Shown piece by piece: positions 39,433 to 51,129 of a stretch of DNA of 64,000 bases. The stretch is taken from NCBI GenBank assembly GCA_951406725.2, contig OX597829.1, forward strand, positions 7,936,001 to 8,000,000. The letters are read 5' to 3'. The notes below the pieces were generated by a model, which saw nothing but the letters and a program-made list of their open reading frames with translations, made no database searches and was not told the DNA's origin. The position numbers were made by a program, and so were the translations under genes. This stretch comes from Octopus vulgaris (lineage: Eukaryota). How positions within the stretch are numbered: position 1 is the first letter of the stretch; each line of letters begins with the position of its first letter.

Positions 39433-41974
39433 TAATGACAAATGTCCAAGGTGTGTGATCCAGACAAAAGAGTGAATACAATGACTTAGGATATGGAGGC
39501 AGGGGTGCAAGTGTATGATAGCAACCAGAGATAGGAAATTGCAGGCAGTAACATAAAGAACAATGAGCACTACTGGTCGACTGTAGCAACCTATACAGAA
39601 ATGTTGATTGATGAGGATGGTGGGAAAGCAAATGGAAAGTAGGTAGGTCGTGCACCAGTGAGCAGCACAAAGGAATGTTGGTGAAACAATCAGAATAGGA
39701 ACAATAGCATCCTTAGTTACACTGAGAACCATGTAAGGCAAAGAGAAGGGAGTCACTGTCATCCTCAATCACACTAGAAACATTAGTAGGTAAGATTCAG
39801 AAGTGAGAAACTGAGAGAGCTGAGCAATAGGAAGACTTGGGTGTGAGAAGAAGCAAGAGAAGCATGGATATATATATATATATATACAGAGAGAGAGAGA
39901 GAGATGAATGATAGGGATGTGTGATGAGAAAGATGTGAAACAGAGAAGTGTGACTGACAGGGTGAGCAAGTGATAAAGATGTTAAGAGAGAGAGAGAGAG
40001 AGAGAAGATAAAGAAGTTAATGATGTAGACAAGCCGGCAGGCAGGCGCATACATACATACATGCATGCATACACACACACATGTATGTGTGTGTGTGTGT
40101 GTAAACATACACACCCTACAATGTATCATATATACTGTGCTGAAGTTTCTGTGTTTAGGCATATATTACATATATTTTTTTTTTCATGCTCCATTGTCAT
40201 AGAAGTGTATACAACTTGTATAGAGTGTGTTTGAATGAGTGTTATACACACACAAACGAAAATGCATGTGAGTGTATGCATAGCTGATATGCTTTAGAGA
40301 TACTTGCATGATCTTAAAAGAGTGCATGTTGGTGTGGAATATAAAAAACTTAATGCTTGAAGGTGTTTGCAGTTTAAGAAATGGTTAGATGAAGCCAAAC
40401 TCTGTTTGTAAACATAGTTATGCTCTTCAAACATTAAAGCTAGCGTGTTAAAGAAAAATTCAGTTACAGAGGTACATTAAGACAAGAATCAAACTACAGG
40501 GTACTACAGTTATTAATATCTGTTAAGTGAAATGATTTGTTTTTTCCAAAACAAACTCATGAAAAGGAGCAAGTATTCTAGACTCAAAATAATACCTATT
40601 GGAGATTGTCAATTTAAGATGATTTAGTGGATACAGTGTTGGCCTGGCCCTTCTGAAACCATGAGTTCAATTGTGCTATAGTCATTTAAATGTGTTTCTT
40701 GACAGACCACTCAATTCTACATTGCTCGATTTCAATTAGCCATCAGAGACATGTAACAGATCCGAGAATGTCATTTGTAATGGATTAGCATAATAAATAG
40801 AACTAAGTAGTGGAGGAAGGAAGAGGGAACTTCTTTTTTTTTCAACATTTACAATACGTTGACGTCAGCAAGCACTGTACATCAGTTCTGAGACTCTGGA
40901 AAATACCTGTACATAGTTTTGTGCAGAATAGAGTTTTTGTGGATCATTCCTTCCATCCGTTTACTCACCAGTTTTGTCAGTGAACTATCCTGGTACAATG
41001 GTAAGGAACCTAACACCTTTAAACAATTATATGCAATCACACCTATACAATTTATGTAACTGCCACCATCTGTTCCATTAGACTTTGCATAGAAAGAGAG
41101 GTCATTATCATTTATGCAAAATCCTACCTTAAGTCTCCAAAGAAAAGGAAAGACTTAGTATTCATTTCACAATTCTGGGGAGTTTCTTGAACTGAATATG
41201 TACATGATAAATGTTATGGTCATGGAATTCTGATTTAAAAGGCAAATTGAAATCCTGCACGAGACACTGCAATATATTCTGAAATATCTTCAGAATTGAG
41301 CAATGCATAACACAAATAGAGACATTATGTACTGATTCATATAAATATCAATATTTTTGTCTGTGAAGCTAAGTCAAATTTTTAGATGGGGAAGTATCCA
41401 AGAAAATATATAAACTGCTTTCCAACAAGAAAAGGGATATCTAGCTAAGACATAGAGCAAGGATATAAAACTATAGTTAAAAGTTAATGTAAATTTTTTC
41501 TTAATTTTTTTTTTTTTTTACAATATACAACTAATATGATAATCTAAGACAAAAATCTAAATAATAAACTAGTTAAGCATGGGTTTAACTAAAATTGATA
41601 TGAAACTAGGAATTAAGTACATGCTTACTAACAGCCGCAAATTAGATCTTAACTAAACTAAAACTAGGACATATATAATCTTAATTATATTTGTATTAGT
41701 GGAACTAGGATAAAACTGTAATTTAAGTGCAGTCATTTTCATGCAGATATGAGTCTTTAGGTGTGTTGAGTGGTGTAGTAGGCAAAGAAAGCCACAAATA
41801 ACTATCAGACAGCCAGATAAAATATTCTAGCTTATCATGATAATAACTTACCACATTTTCAGATTCTTCCTCAGACTGAAAATAAAATTAAAGGCTTTCA
41901 ACAACTTTCAAAAATAAAATAAAATAAAAAACACAGAATAATCAAGAGCCAGTTTCTCACTTTCTAGTAAACAT

Positions 41975-42019
41975 GAATGTGTGTGTGTGTAGAGTGACAA
42001 ACAAATATATACACATATA

Positions 42020-42054
<35 letters not shown>

Positions 42055-42076
42055 ATACACATATACATATATGTAC

Positions 42077-42108
<32 letters not shown>

Positions 42109-42134
42109 TTACACACACATATACATATATGTAC

Positions 42135-42181
<47 letters not shown>

Positions 42182-42192
42182 TATATATATAT
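41975..42192. repeat. microsatellite with about 58-bp higher-order units
   Basis: catatatgtacatat(at)n-ttaca repeated about three times. Confidence 0.85.
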
Positions 42193-42299
42193 GAATTTAA
42201 GTCCCAATATATGGGACTGGCAGTACTCATCAAAGAAGCTCCTTAATGTATCATTCTACAAAACATAGAATATATATTTAATATTGACAAAAGATTGGA

Positions 42300-42754
42300 A
42301 CCTCTGGAGATATGCTGTGACTGAGAAGACCCGGCAAATAAAGTGAGTTCACAGCTGTAACCTACACCAGCATCGGATAACCAGCCCACTCCAAAGTACC
42401 TTGGATCATAGGGTGACATGCAGTGCTTGACGACAACTATTGAGTCAAGTACATCAATATCAAAATCAAATCAAATTACAATCAAATGTAAATTGTAGTT
42501 GTGACCTCTGTTTCGGTGGCACAAAAAAAAGCACCATCCAAACGTGGCCAATGCCAGCTCCTCTGGCCCTGGTGCTGGTGGCATGTAAAAAACACTCACT
42601 ACACTCTTGGAGTAGTTGGCATTAGGAAGGGCATCCATCTGTAGAAACCTTGCCAGATTAGATTGGGGCCTGGTGCAGCCTTCCGGCTTCCCAGATCCCA
42701 GTTGAACCATCCAACCCATGCCAGCATGGAAAAACAGACGTTAAATGATGATGA

Positions 42755-42756
<2 letters not shown>
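42300..42756 (+). mobile_element. RTE LINE 3' end (last codons, 3' UTR, (GAT)n tail)
   Basis: cctctggagatatgctgtgactgagaagacccggcaaataaagtgag matches 52483-52530; ends acgttaaatgatgatgacgat. Confidence 0.9.
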
Positions 42757-42788
<32 letters not shown>

Positions 42789-42790
<2 letters not shown>

Positions 42791-43140
42791 GGACTCCTCT
42801 CTTCCTACCCCTCGCCATGGCTATGCATACTTAAGCTAGTAACTGCATACTTAAGCTAGTAACCTGCCTCATTCTTGATTCCGAATTCCTTTTGCCAAGT
42901 CTGTCCGTAAACGAAGTGATCCCAAGATAAGAAATCTTTGAACTTTAATTCATCCGTATCTCTATTTATTATTATTATTTATTAATTATTATTATTCTGA
43001 TCCCCCTAGTCGCCACTCTGTTTACTATTTCAGCCTCGCCTCGTTTTCGCATATTCTGTATAATTCACTAGTTATCGTTATAGATATTTAAGATCTATCT
43101 CCCTTACAGGGCTGATTAGAAATTGGCTGCCGATTCTTCG

Positions 43141-43174
<34 letters not shown>

Positions 43175-43526
43175 GGACTCCTCTCTTCCTACCCCTCGCC
43201 ATGGCTATGCATACTTAAGCTAGTAACTGCATACTTAAGCTAGTAACCTGCCTCATTCTTGATTCCGAATTCCTTTTGCCAAGTCTGTCCGTAAACGAAG
43301 TGATCCCAAGATAAGAAATCTTTGAACTTTAATTCATCCGTATCTCTATTTATTATTATTATTTATTAATTATTATTATTCTGATCCCCCTAGTCGCCAC
43401 TCTGTTTACTATTTCAGCCTCGCCTCGTTTTTGCATATTCTGTATAATTCACTAGTTATCGTTATAGATATTTAAGATCTATCTCCCTTACAGGGCTGAT
43501 TAGAAATTGGCTGCCGATTCTTCGCG
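42789..43526. repeat. near-perfect tandem duplication of a 354-bp segment, each copy preceded by (AT)n
   Basis: 42789-43142 matches 43173-43526 with one visible substitution. Confidence 0.95.
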
Positions 43527-43604
43527 GCGCGCCCGCCCTACCCACCCCCACCACCAATACCGGATATCTCTATTTTGCTCCAACTATACCGGATGTCGTT
43601 TCTC

Positions 43605-44448
43605 CCACCACCATTATAGGTGTCTACTCTTTGAACCCCCCTCTTCAATACGCTATTTCACCATGCATTACCCCTCTCTCGATATCCTACGTTCTACTTG
43701 CCTAGAACCTGTCCTCTGAACCACCCCTCCCACTGGTGCTCCCCTATATTTCTGCACCCTCCCACCACCATTATAGGTGTCTACTCTTTGAACCCCCCTC
43801 TTCAATACGCTATTTCACCATGCATTACCCCTCTCTCGATATCCTACGTTCTACTTGCCTAGAACCTGTCCTCTGAACCACCCCTCCCACTGGTGCTCCC
43901 CTATATTTCTGCACCCCCCACCACCATTATAGGTGTCTACTCTTTGAACCCCCCTCTTCAATACGCTATTCACCATGCATTACCCCTCTCTCGATATCCT
44001 ACGTTCTACTTGCCTAGAACCTGTCCTCTGAACCACCCCTCCCACTGGTGCTCACCCCTCCTACTGGTGCTCACCCCTCCCACTGGTGCTCACCCCTCCC
44101 ACTGGTGCTGCCCTATATTTCTGCACCCCCCACCACCACCATTATAGGTGTCTACTCTTTGAACCCCCCTCTTCAATACGCTATTTCACCATGCATTACC
44201 CCTCTCTCGATATCCTACGTTCTACTTGCCTAGAACCTGTCCTCTGAACCACCCCTCCCACTGGTGCTCCCCTATATTTCTGCACCCCCCACCACCATTA
44301 TAGGTGTCTACTCTTTGAACCCCCCTCTTCAATACGCTATTTCACCATGCATTACCCCTCTCTCGATATCCTACGTTCTACTTGCCTAGAACCTGTCCTC
44401 TGAACCACCCCTCCCACTGGTGCTCCCCTATATTTCTGCACCCCCCCA
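43605..44448. repeat. about 156-bp C-rich tandem repeat, five copies, with a nested 19-bp sub-repeat
   Basis: ccattataggtgtctactctttgaacc starts at 43611, 43768, 43924, 44139 and 44295; extra ctggtgctcacccctccca units in the third copy. Confidence 0.97.
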
Positions 44449-44687
44449 TAAAAAGCACCATCCGAACATGGCCGATGCCAGACCCCTCTGGCACCTGTGC
44501 AGGTGGCACGTAAAAAACACCCACTACACTCGCGGAGTGGTTGGCGTTAGGAAGGGCATCCAGCTGTAGAAACACTGCCAGACTAGACTGGAGCCTGGGG
44601 CAGTCCCGAGCTCCCCAGACCCCGGTCGAAACCGTCCAACCCGTGCTAGCGCGGAAAACGGACGTTAAACGATGATGATGATGATGA
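44449..44687 (+). mobile_element. RTE tail-only copy
   Basis: aaaagcaccatccgaac..gtggttggcgttaggaagggcatccagctgtag..ggacgttaaac(gat)n. Confidence 0.9.
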
Positions 44688-45266
44688 TTTTCCTGTGATC
44701 ATGATTTGAGAAGACATACAGAAATATGCTAAAGATCAGACACCATCTCTTGTGGGCAAGAAATGTAAAATAAAGTTTAGTATAAACAAAACAAACATTT
44801 CATAATTTAATACCATTCAATATGATACCTGTTAAACAGAACTTATTTTTATTTTATGAAAATTTAATAGAATCTTATCATAAGAAAGTGAAATTATGCA
44901 AAGTGCAATTAAACCGAAAACCTTTTCCCCCTGACCATAACGGCAATTCTGAAAACTCCTGGATGCAAATTTTTCACGAGTAGAAGCTTTTTTTTAAACA
45001 ATTTTTATCATGGAAAGCACCTGCATAATAAATTACACATGAGTACAAATTACATGGGTTTTTACAGTATATAAATATATAAATATAAAAACTCACATAT
45101 ATAGATATATACATATATACAAATATATATAAATATATAAATATACATATATATATAAATATATAAATATATATATATATAAATATATAAATATATATAT
45201 ATATAAATATACAAATATACACATATATAAATATACAAATATACATATATAAATATATATATATAC

Positions 45267-45307
<41 letters not shown>

Positions 45308-45719
45308 GCATGATAAAGAGAAAACAGTAGGGAGTGTATAAAGTCATAAATGACAAATAAATAGTTTGATGAAATTTTATTTAATAAGAAGAAAATTCTA
45401 ATATCACAGCAAACTGCTTCTTAACTTTAAAACTTGTAAATAATTTATATTTAAAAATAAATAACTTATTGTCTGCATTAATGCAAAATGCAAAAAACTC
45501 CTTCAAAATGATGCAGAAGTTAAGATACATCCTCAGGTGAGGGAAAATCTTTCTTTCACCTGAGGGGAAGAAGTGACAGTGGAGTAGCATAGTACATCTG
45601 TGAAGATGTCACACCACTAACCCTGTTGTCACACCCAAACTCGGTCTGTGACACACACACACACACACACAGTGCATTTAATGCAACTTCATGTGGTAAT
45701 ATGCACACTGAATCACCCA

Positions 45720-46432
45720 TTTGATGCTAAAAATCATGATGGTAAATGTGAAGAAAGTCTTACAATGACAAAAGAAGTACTAACAAAACTGAATCAAGGA
45801 GTTAATATACTTCTGATGGGTGACTTCAACAACCCCAGCATCAAATGAAATGCAAAGAAAGTAACCAAGCAGAATCTCCACTTGACCTCACAAAAATGTT
45901 GTTCATGGACCACAAACAATAACATATTAGACCTCTGCTTCACCAACAATGTAGGTCTTATCCACAATGTGAAGATAGCACCAACAATTTTCTCGGACCA
46001 CAACATGGAAGAACTGACCAGTGTACGGTCCAAAACCAATTAATGATATATTCCACACAGACGGTACCCAAACCCAGTTGAGTCTGAACTTCTACAAGGC
46101 TGACAGGAAATCAATTCAAAAATGGAATTAAAAACTATAATAACATCTTAACTGAACAGCACTACATAATACCAAAGATACCACCTTCTTTATCTCAGAT
46201 AAGGACCCAGTATGGCGACAGTTTCGGTTTCAAGGAACCACAATTGTTTAACATCCTGCCAAGGAGCCTAAGAGATCTGCAAGGTGCAGATGTGGAAAGG
46301 TTCAAATCTCAGATGAGCCCTCATTACTGCAGGTCACAGCTTCATCCAACTTGCTTGTTCACCAAAACAAATACTGAAAGGAAACCCAAAAACACTGAAA
46401 GGTATGGCCCCAGCCCCTGGCTGAAACCACTA
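45720..46432 (+). mobile_element. heavily deleted CR1-group LINE remnant (APE endonuclease and RT C-terminal pieces)
   Basis: ILLMGDFNNPSI, NILDLCFTN, FSDHN (APE motifs); QLFNILPRSLRDL matches the CR1 copy at 17960-18010; tail ggtatggccccagcccctggctgaaacc. Confidence 0.75.
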
Positions 46433-46529
46433 AGGGAATACAAGAAAAGAAAATCTACAAATACATACAACATATATATATATACACACACACACACATG
46501 CATATATATAAATATATATACATATATAT

Positions 46530-46810
46530 ATAGGGAAAGTTTACGAAAAAAACAAAAGGCGAAGACAGGTAGTGTACAAAACAAACAGATGTATTAGTAT
46601 AACGCTCAGGTATAGAAAAAGTCTTTTACATTTCGAGCCTACGCTCTTCTACAGAAAGGTACACAGAAAAAAACAAGGAGAGAAACAAGGCGAGAAAAAA
46701 AAAATGTGTGTAGTGGCTAACAATCTATCATGGCGACTAGTGCCGGACAGAGAGGTCAAACAGGAGAGGGAAAGTAGGGGAGGTAACAAGGTAAAGATGA
46801 CCCCCAACAC
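46530..46810 (-). mobile_element. solo terminal fragment of the Penelope-like family at 36830-38135
   Basis: gaaaaaacaaaaggcgaagacagg..gtattagt.taa.gctcag..gtctttta..gagccta.gctcttc shared with 36845-36960. Confidence 0.7.
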
Positions 46811-46856
46811 AAACACATATATATAAATATACTTATATATAAATATATACATATAC

Positions 46857-48588
46857 TGTAAAAACCCATGTAATTTATGCACTTTTTTTGCATAAACAAA
46901 AATAAACTTTAGGAGGTGCGTAAATTACATGAGTAGTATGTTTTTAGAAATGTTTTTTGTTGAAAAATGACATACAAATTTAAACATTTGTACCAGAAGT
47001 TGACTCATTTAATGTGTGAATAGGTTTTTACAGAAAAAATATAATAAAATTTGAATTTTATTTATGCTGGATGGTATAATGCTTACTTTTTCTGTATAAA
47101 TTTACTAAAACCGTTAAATGGTTAACAATTTTTGAAGTTTGATATTAATGCTGCTAATCATGGTCCGGGCCATATTTTTTATTGCTTGGAGTTTCTACCT
47201 ATCGCAATGGAACCCAGCAATTTCATTAAATAGATCTCCACTTAAGAAATCTATCTTGCGTTTGCCTCCAGGAAACTATTGCTTGCTTTCTCCACATTAG
47301 GACAATGAAATTCATCACAGCCGACATCGCCACTACCAGCTCTTACTGCATCTGACAACAACAACATCATAATTCATCCTTGCACATGTAAATTCACTAA
47401 GTGAATATGGCTTAACATTCCTACAAAAACCTTCATTTAGCTTATACGATGTTTAATGTCATTTCACATTCATGCTGAATTATGCAGCAATCTTATGCTC
47501 TCTTCATAGAACACTTGTATGTATTACCAGTTCTTTTGGTATAGTAGATTTTTGCATTCTTGTCTATGTCTCAGCACAGACGTGTATATTCTAACAAGTC
47601 TCTTCTTAAGTTTCACACCTCTCTTGTCCAATAAACACTGAGTTAAATTTGCAAAGCTGTTTATTTTCTGCTTTTGATTTTTAATGTTTATTTTAGCATG
47701 TTACCAGACTATCAGTTTGTTCTTCCGGCTAAAACGCTAATGTCAAATTTTTAAGTTTGTTTGACATTTTATAAGTGTGAAATGAATTAAAATTTTGATA
47801 CTCTGTATCAAATGTTCTGACAAAAATAGGCAGAAAATCAGAGCTTGAGACAAGACACTTTCGACCAATCAGAATTCTGTTTACATAATCAGTTTGATCC
47901 TCTGTCGGTTGAGTAAACTGTCATCCAAGCTGATGTTTATTGGTAATTCAACTTATTTTGCAATACTTGTGCATATTTATCAGCTTTGTTTTAGTTGATA
48001 AGAATTATCAACAACCTGTGCAGGTGGCACGTAAAAAACACCCACTACACTCGCGGAGTGGTTGGCGTTAGGAAGGGCATCCAGCTGTAGAAACACTGCC
48101 AGACTAGACTGGAGCCTGGGGCAGTCCCGAGCTCCCCAGACCCCGGTCGAAACCGTCCAACCCGTGCTAGCGCGGAAAACGGACGTTAAACGATGATGAT
48201 GATGATGATTTTCCTGTGATCATGATTTGAGAAGACATACAGAAATATGCTAAAGATCAGACACCATCTCTTGTGGGCAAGAAATGTAAAATAAAGTTTA
48301 GTATAAACAAAACAAACATTTCATAATTTAATACCATTCAATATGATACCTGTTAAACAGAACTTATTTTTATTTTATGAATATTTAATAGAATCTTATC
48401 ATAAGAAAGTGAAATTATGCAAAGTGCAATTAAACCGAAAACCTTTTCCCCCTGACCATAACAGCAATTCTGAAAACTCCTGGATGCAAATTTTTCACGA
48501 GTAGAAGCTTTTTTTTTAACAATTTTTATCATGGAAAGCACCTGCATAATAAATTACACATGAGTACAAATTACATGGGTTTTTACAG
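46857..48588. mobile_element. non-autonomous TA-flanked DNA transposon (Tc2/pogo-like TIRs) containing an RTE-tail insertion
   Basis: ta-ctgtaaaaacccatgtaattt at about 46855 is the exact reverse complement of aaattacatgggtttttacag-ta ending at 48590; sub-terminal aaattacatgagta repeats. Confidence 0.7.
48014..48208 (+). mobile_element. RTE tail-only copy, part of a duplicated block
   Basis: Identical by eye to 44493-44687. Confidence 0.9.
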
Positions 48589-48914
48589 TATATAAATATA
48601 TAAATATAAAAACTCACATATATAGATATATACATATATACAAATATATATAAATATATAAATATACATATATATATAAATATATAAATATACATATATA
48701 TAAATATACAAATATACACATATATAAATATACAAATATACAAATATACATATATAAATATATATAAATATATATATATACAAAAATACATATATATAAA
48801 TATATATATATATATATACTAATATACATATATATAAATATACATATATATATATAAATATACATATATATAAATATAAATATACATATATATAAATATA
48901 AATATACATATATA

Positions 48915-49085
48915 GGCGCAGGAGTGGCCGTGTGGTAAGTAGCTTGCTAACCAACCACATGGTTCCGGGTTCAGTCCCACTGCGTGGCATCTTGGGCAAG
49001 TGTCTTCTGCTATAGCCCCGGGCCGACCAATGCCTTGTGAGTGGATTTGGTAGACGGAAATTGAAAGAAGCCTGTCGTATATATG

Positions 49086-49116
<31 letters not shown>

Positions 49117-49287
49117 TTGTGTGTCTGTGTTTAAGTCCCCGTCACTTAGCGGTTCGGCAAAAGAGACCGATAGAATAAGTACTGGGCATACAAAGAATAA
49201 GTCCCGGGGTCCATTTGCTCGACTAAAGGCGGTGCTCCAGCATGGCCGCAGTCAAATGACTGAAACGAGTAAAAGAGAGTAAAAGAG
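48915..49287 (+). mobile_element. young tRNA-derived CORE-type SINE with a small internal deletion
   Basis: Head ggcgcaggagtggccgtgtgg (A-box-like), gggttcagtccc (B-box-like), cttgggcaagt (CORE-like), internal (TA)n(TG)n, tail gactgaaacgagtaaaagag. Confidence 0.92.
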
Positions 49288-49344
49288 TATATATATAAAT
49301 ATATAAATATACATATATATATAAATATATATATATCCATATAT

Positions 49345-49502
49345 AGGAGTGGCTGTGTGTTAAGTAGGTTGCTAACCAACCACATAGTTGCGGGTTCAGT
49401 CCCATTGCGTGGCATCTTGGGTAAGTGTCTTCTGCTATAGTCCCGGGCCGACCAATGCCTTGTGAGTGGATTTGGTAGACGGAAACTGAAAGAAGCCTGT
49501 CG

Positions 49503-49551
<49 letters not shown>

Positions 49552-49766
49552 TTGTGTGTCTGTGTTTGTCCCCCTAGCATTGTTTGACAACCGATGCTGG
49601 TGTGTTTACGTCCCCGTCACTTAGCGGTTCGGCAAAAGAGACCGATAGAATAAGTACTGGGCTTACAAAGAATAAGTCCCAGGGTCGATTTGCTCGACTA
49701 AAGGTGGTGCTCCAGCATGGCCGCAGTTAAAATGACTGAAACAAGTAAAAGAGTAAAAAAAAAGAG
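49345..49766 (+). mobile_element. young tRNA-derived CORE-type SINE
   Basis: Same family as 48915-49287, immediately downstream in tandem. Confidence 0.92.
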
Positions 49767-49931
49767 TAATATATATATATATATATATCTAAAAATATAC
49801 ATATATATAAATATACATATATATAAATATAAAACATACTTGGAAAAGGATGTGTGGCATTCGATCATATAATAATATAAATAATAAATAAATATATGCA
49901 TATATACATTCATATATGTACATACCTACAA

Positions 49932-49981
<50 letters not shown>

Positions 49982-50455
49982 GCATATATGGGTACAGAAC
50001 ATCCTTTTCCAAGTAAGTTTTATGTTAATAATTATGATGCGTACTCTTCTGTACTATTTCTCCTCTGTCTATCTCTCTCCCCCTCTTGTTCTTCATCTTT
50101 TGTTTTTCTCTCCCACCCTTCCCTATTCTTCTCCTCTCCCCTTCACTGTTCCCCCTCTCTTACTCCTCCTCCTCGACTCTCTCGTCACTGACACGTGATC
50201 AGATGGAAGCCATCTTTCCAACTGCTATCTTCACCAAGAAAAGACCGCTTGTCCTCTCTTTCTCATAATTTGTCTCCTCAAGTGTTCAAAATAATTTTTC
50301 CATCGTCTTGGCTTAACAACCCTCATCATTTAATTTTACTGTGTTATTCTCTTTGTTCTGTCTTTTACTGTTTTTATTTTTATTATTTTTACTGTCTTGT
50401 TTTGTTCTTACTGTCCTGTTCTTGTTAACACTTTTAGCCCTCCGTCAAAAACAAA

Positions 50456-50505
<50 letters not shown>

Positions 50506-51129
50506 CACTCACTTTTCTCTCTGAAAATATTAACATTTTTTTTTCCCCGAAAATTCTCTTCCCATGGTTTTGAAATGCAAAAAAAATGGCCAAAATAGGT
50601 CAAGAGTGGGATGATGTGAGAGGGGGTGTAAAAAAAGAGTTTACAAAATTTTTCATGGAAAGATCCCCACTTCCGCCACCAACCCTATCATTTCAAAGGC
50701 CTGTAGTTTACAAAACTGGGGAAAATCCTCGAAAAAATTTTCTTGACGAATTTCTTTATAATTGTAATCTATGCTGTCTGAAGGGATTTGTATAAATTTT
50801 CATGAAAAGATAACCATCTTCCTGAAAGTTATGAGGGGAAAAAAAGTCAGATTATGTGAATTTTCCGAAACCCCTCTATCCACCTCCTTGGAAAAATTCT
50901 TTCCCATAAATCTTTATACACGCTGAAGCCACAACATCTAAACGGTATTTGCAGAAAATGTTAAAAGTATTTATTTTTCTGAGTGTTGTGAGGCAACAAA
51001 GTTGGGGGCATATACATCTGTGGTAATGCCCTTTTATTTATACGGTTTTTTCATTTTATGTTTATTTCATTCATTGTTTGCAATGATCTCTCTCCATGGG
51101 CCTTGTGGCTAGAGTAAAGGTGATGATCT

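Noticed and set aside
47150-47340. Possible pogo-like transposase remnant (MWRKQ) on the minus strand inside the TIR element
   Set aside because: The similarity is too short and degenerate to support without a profile search.
48915-48990. tRNA gene
   Set aside because: A- and B-box-like motifs are present, but they form the head of a multi-copy SINE and continue into CORE-like sequence; no convincing cloverleaf.
50030-51060. Probable additional interspersed repeat(s) between the SINE pair and the RTE copy
   Set aside because: It looks repeat-like, but I could not identify termini, TSDs or coding motifs from the sequence alone, so it is not annotated.
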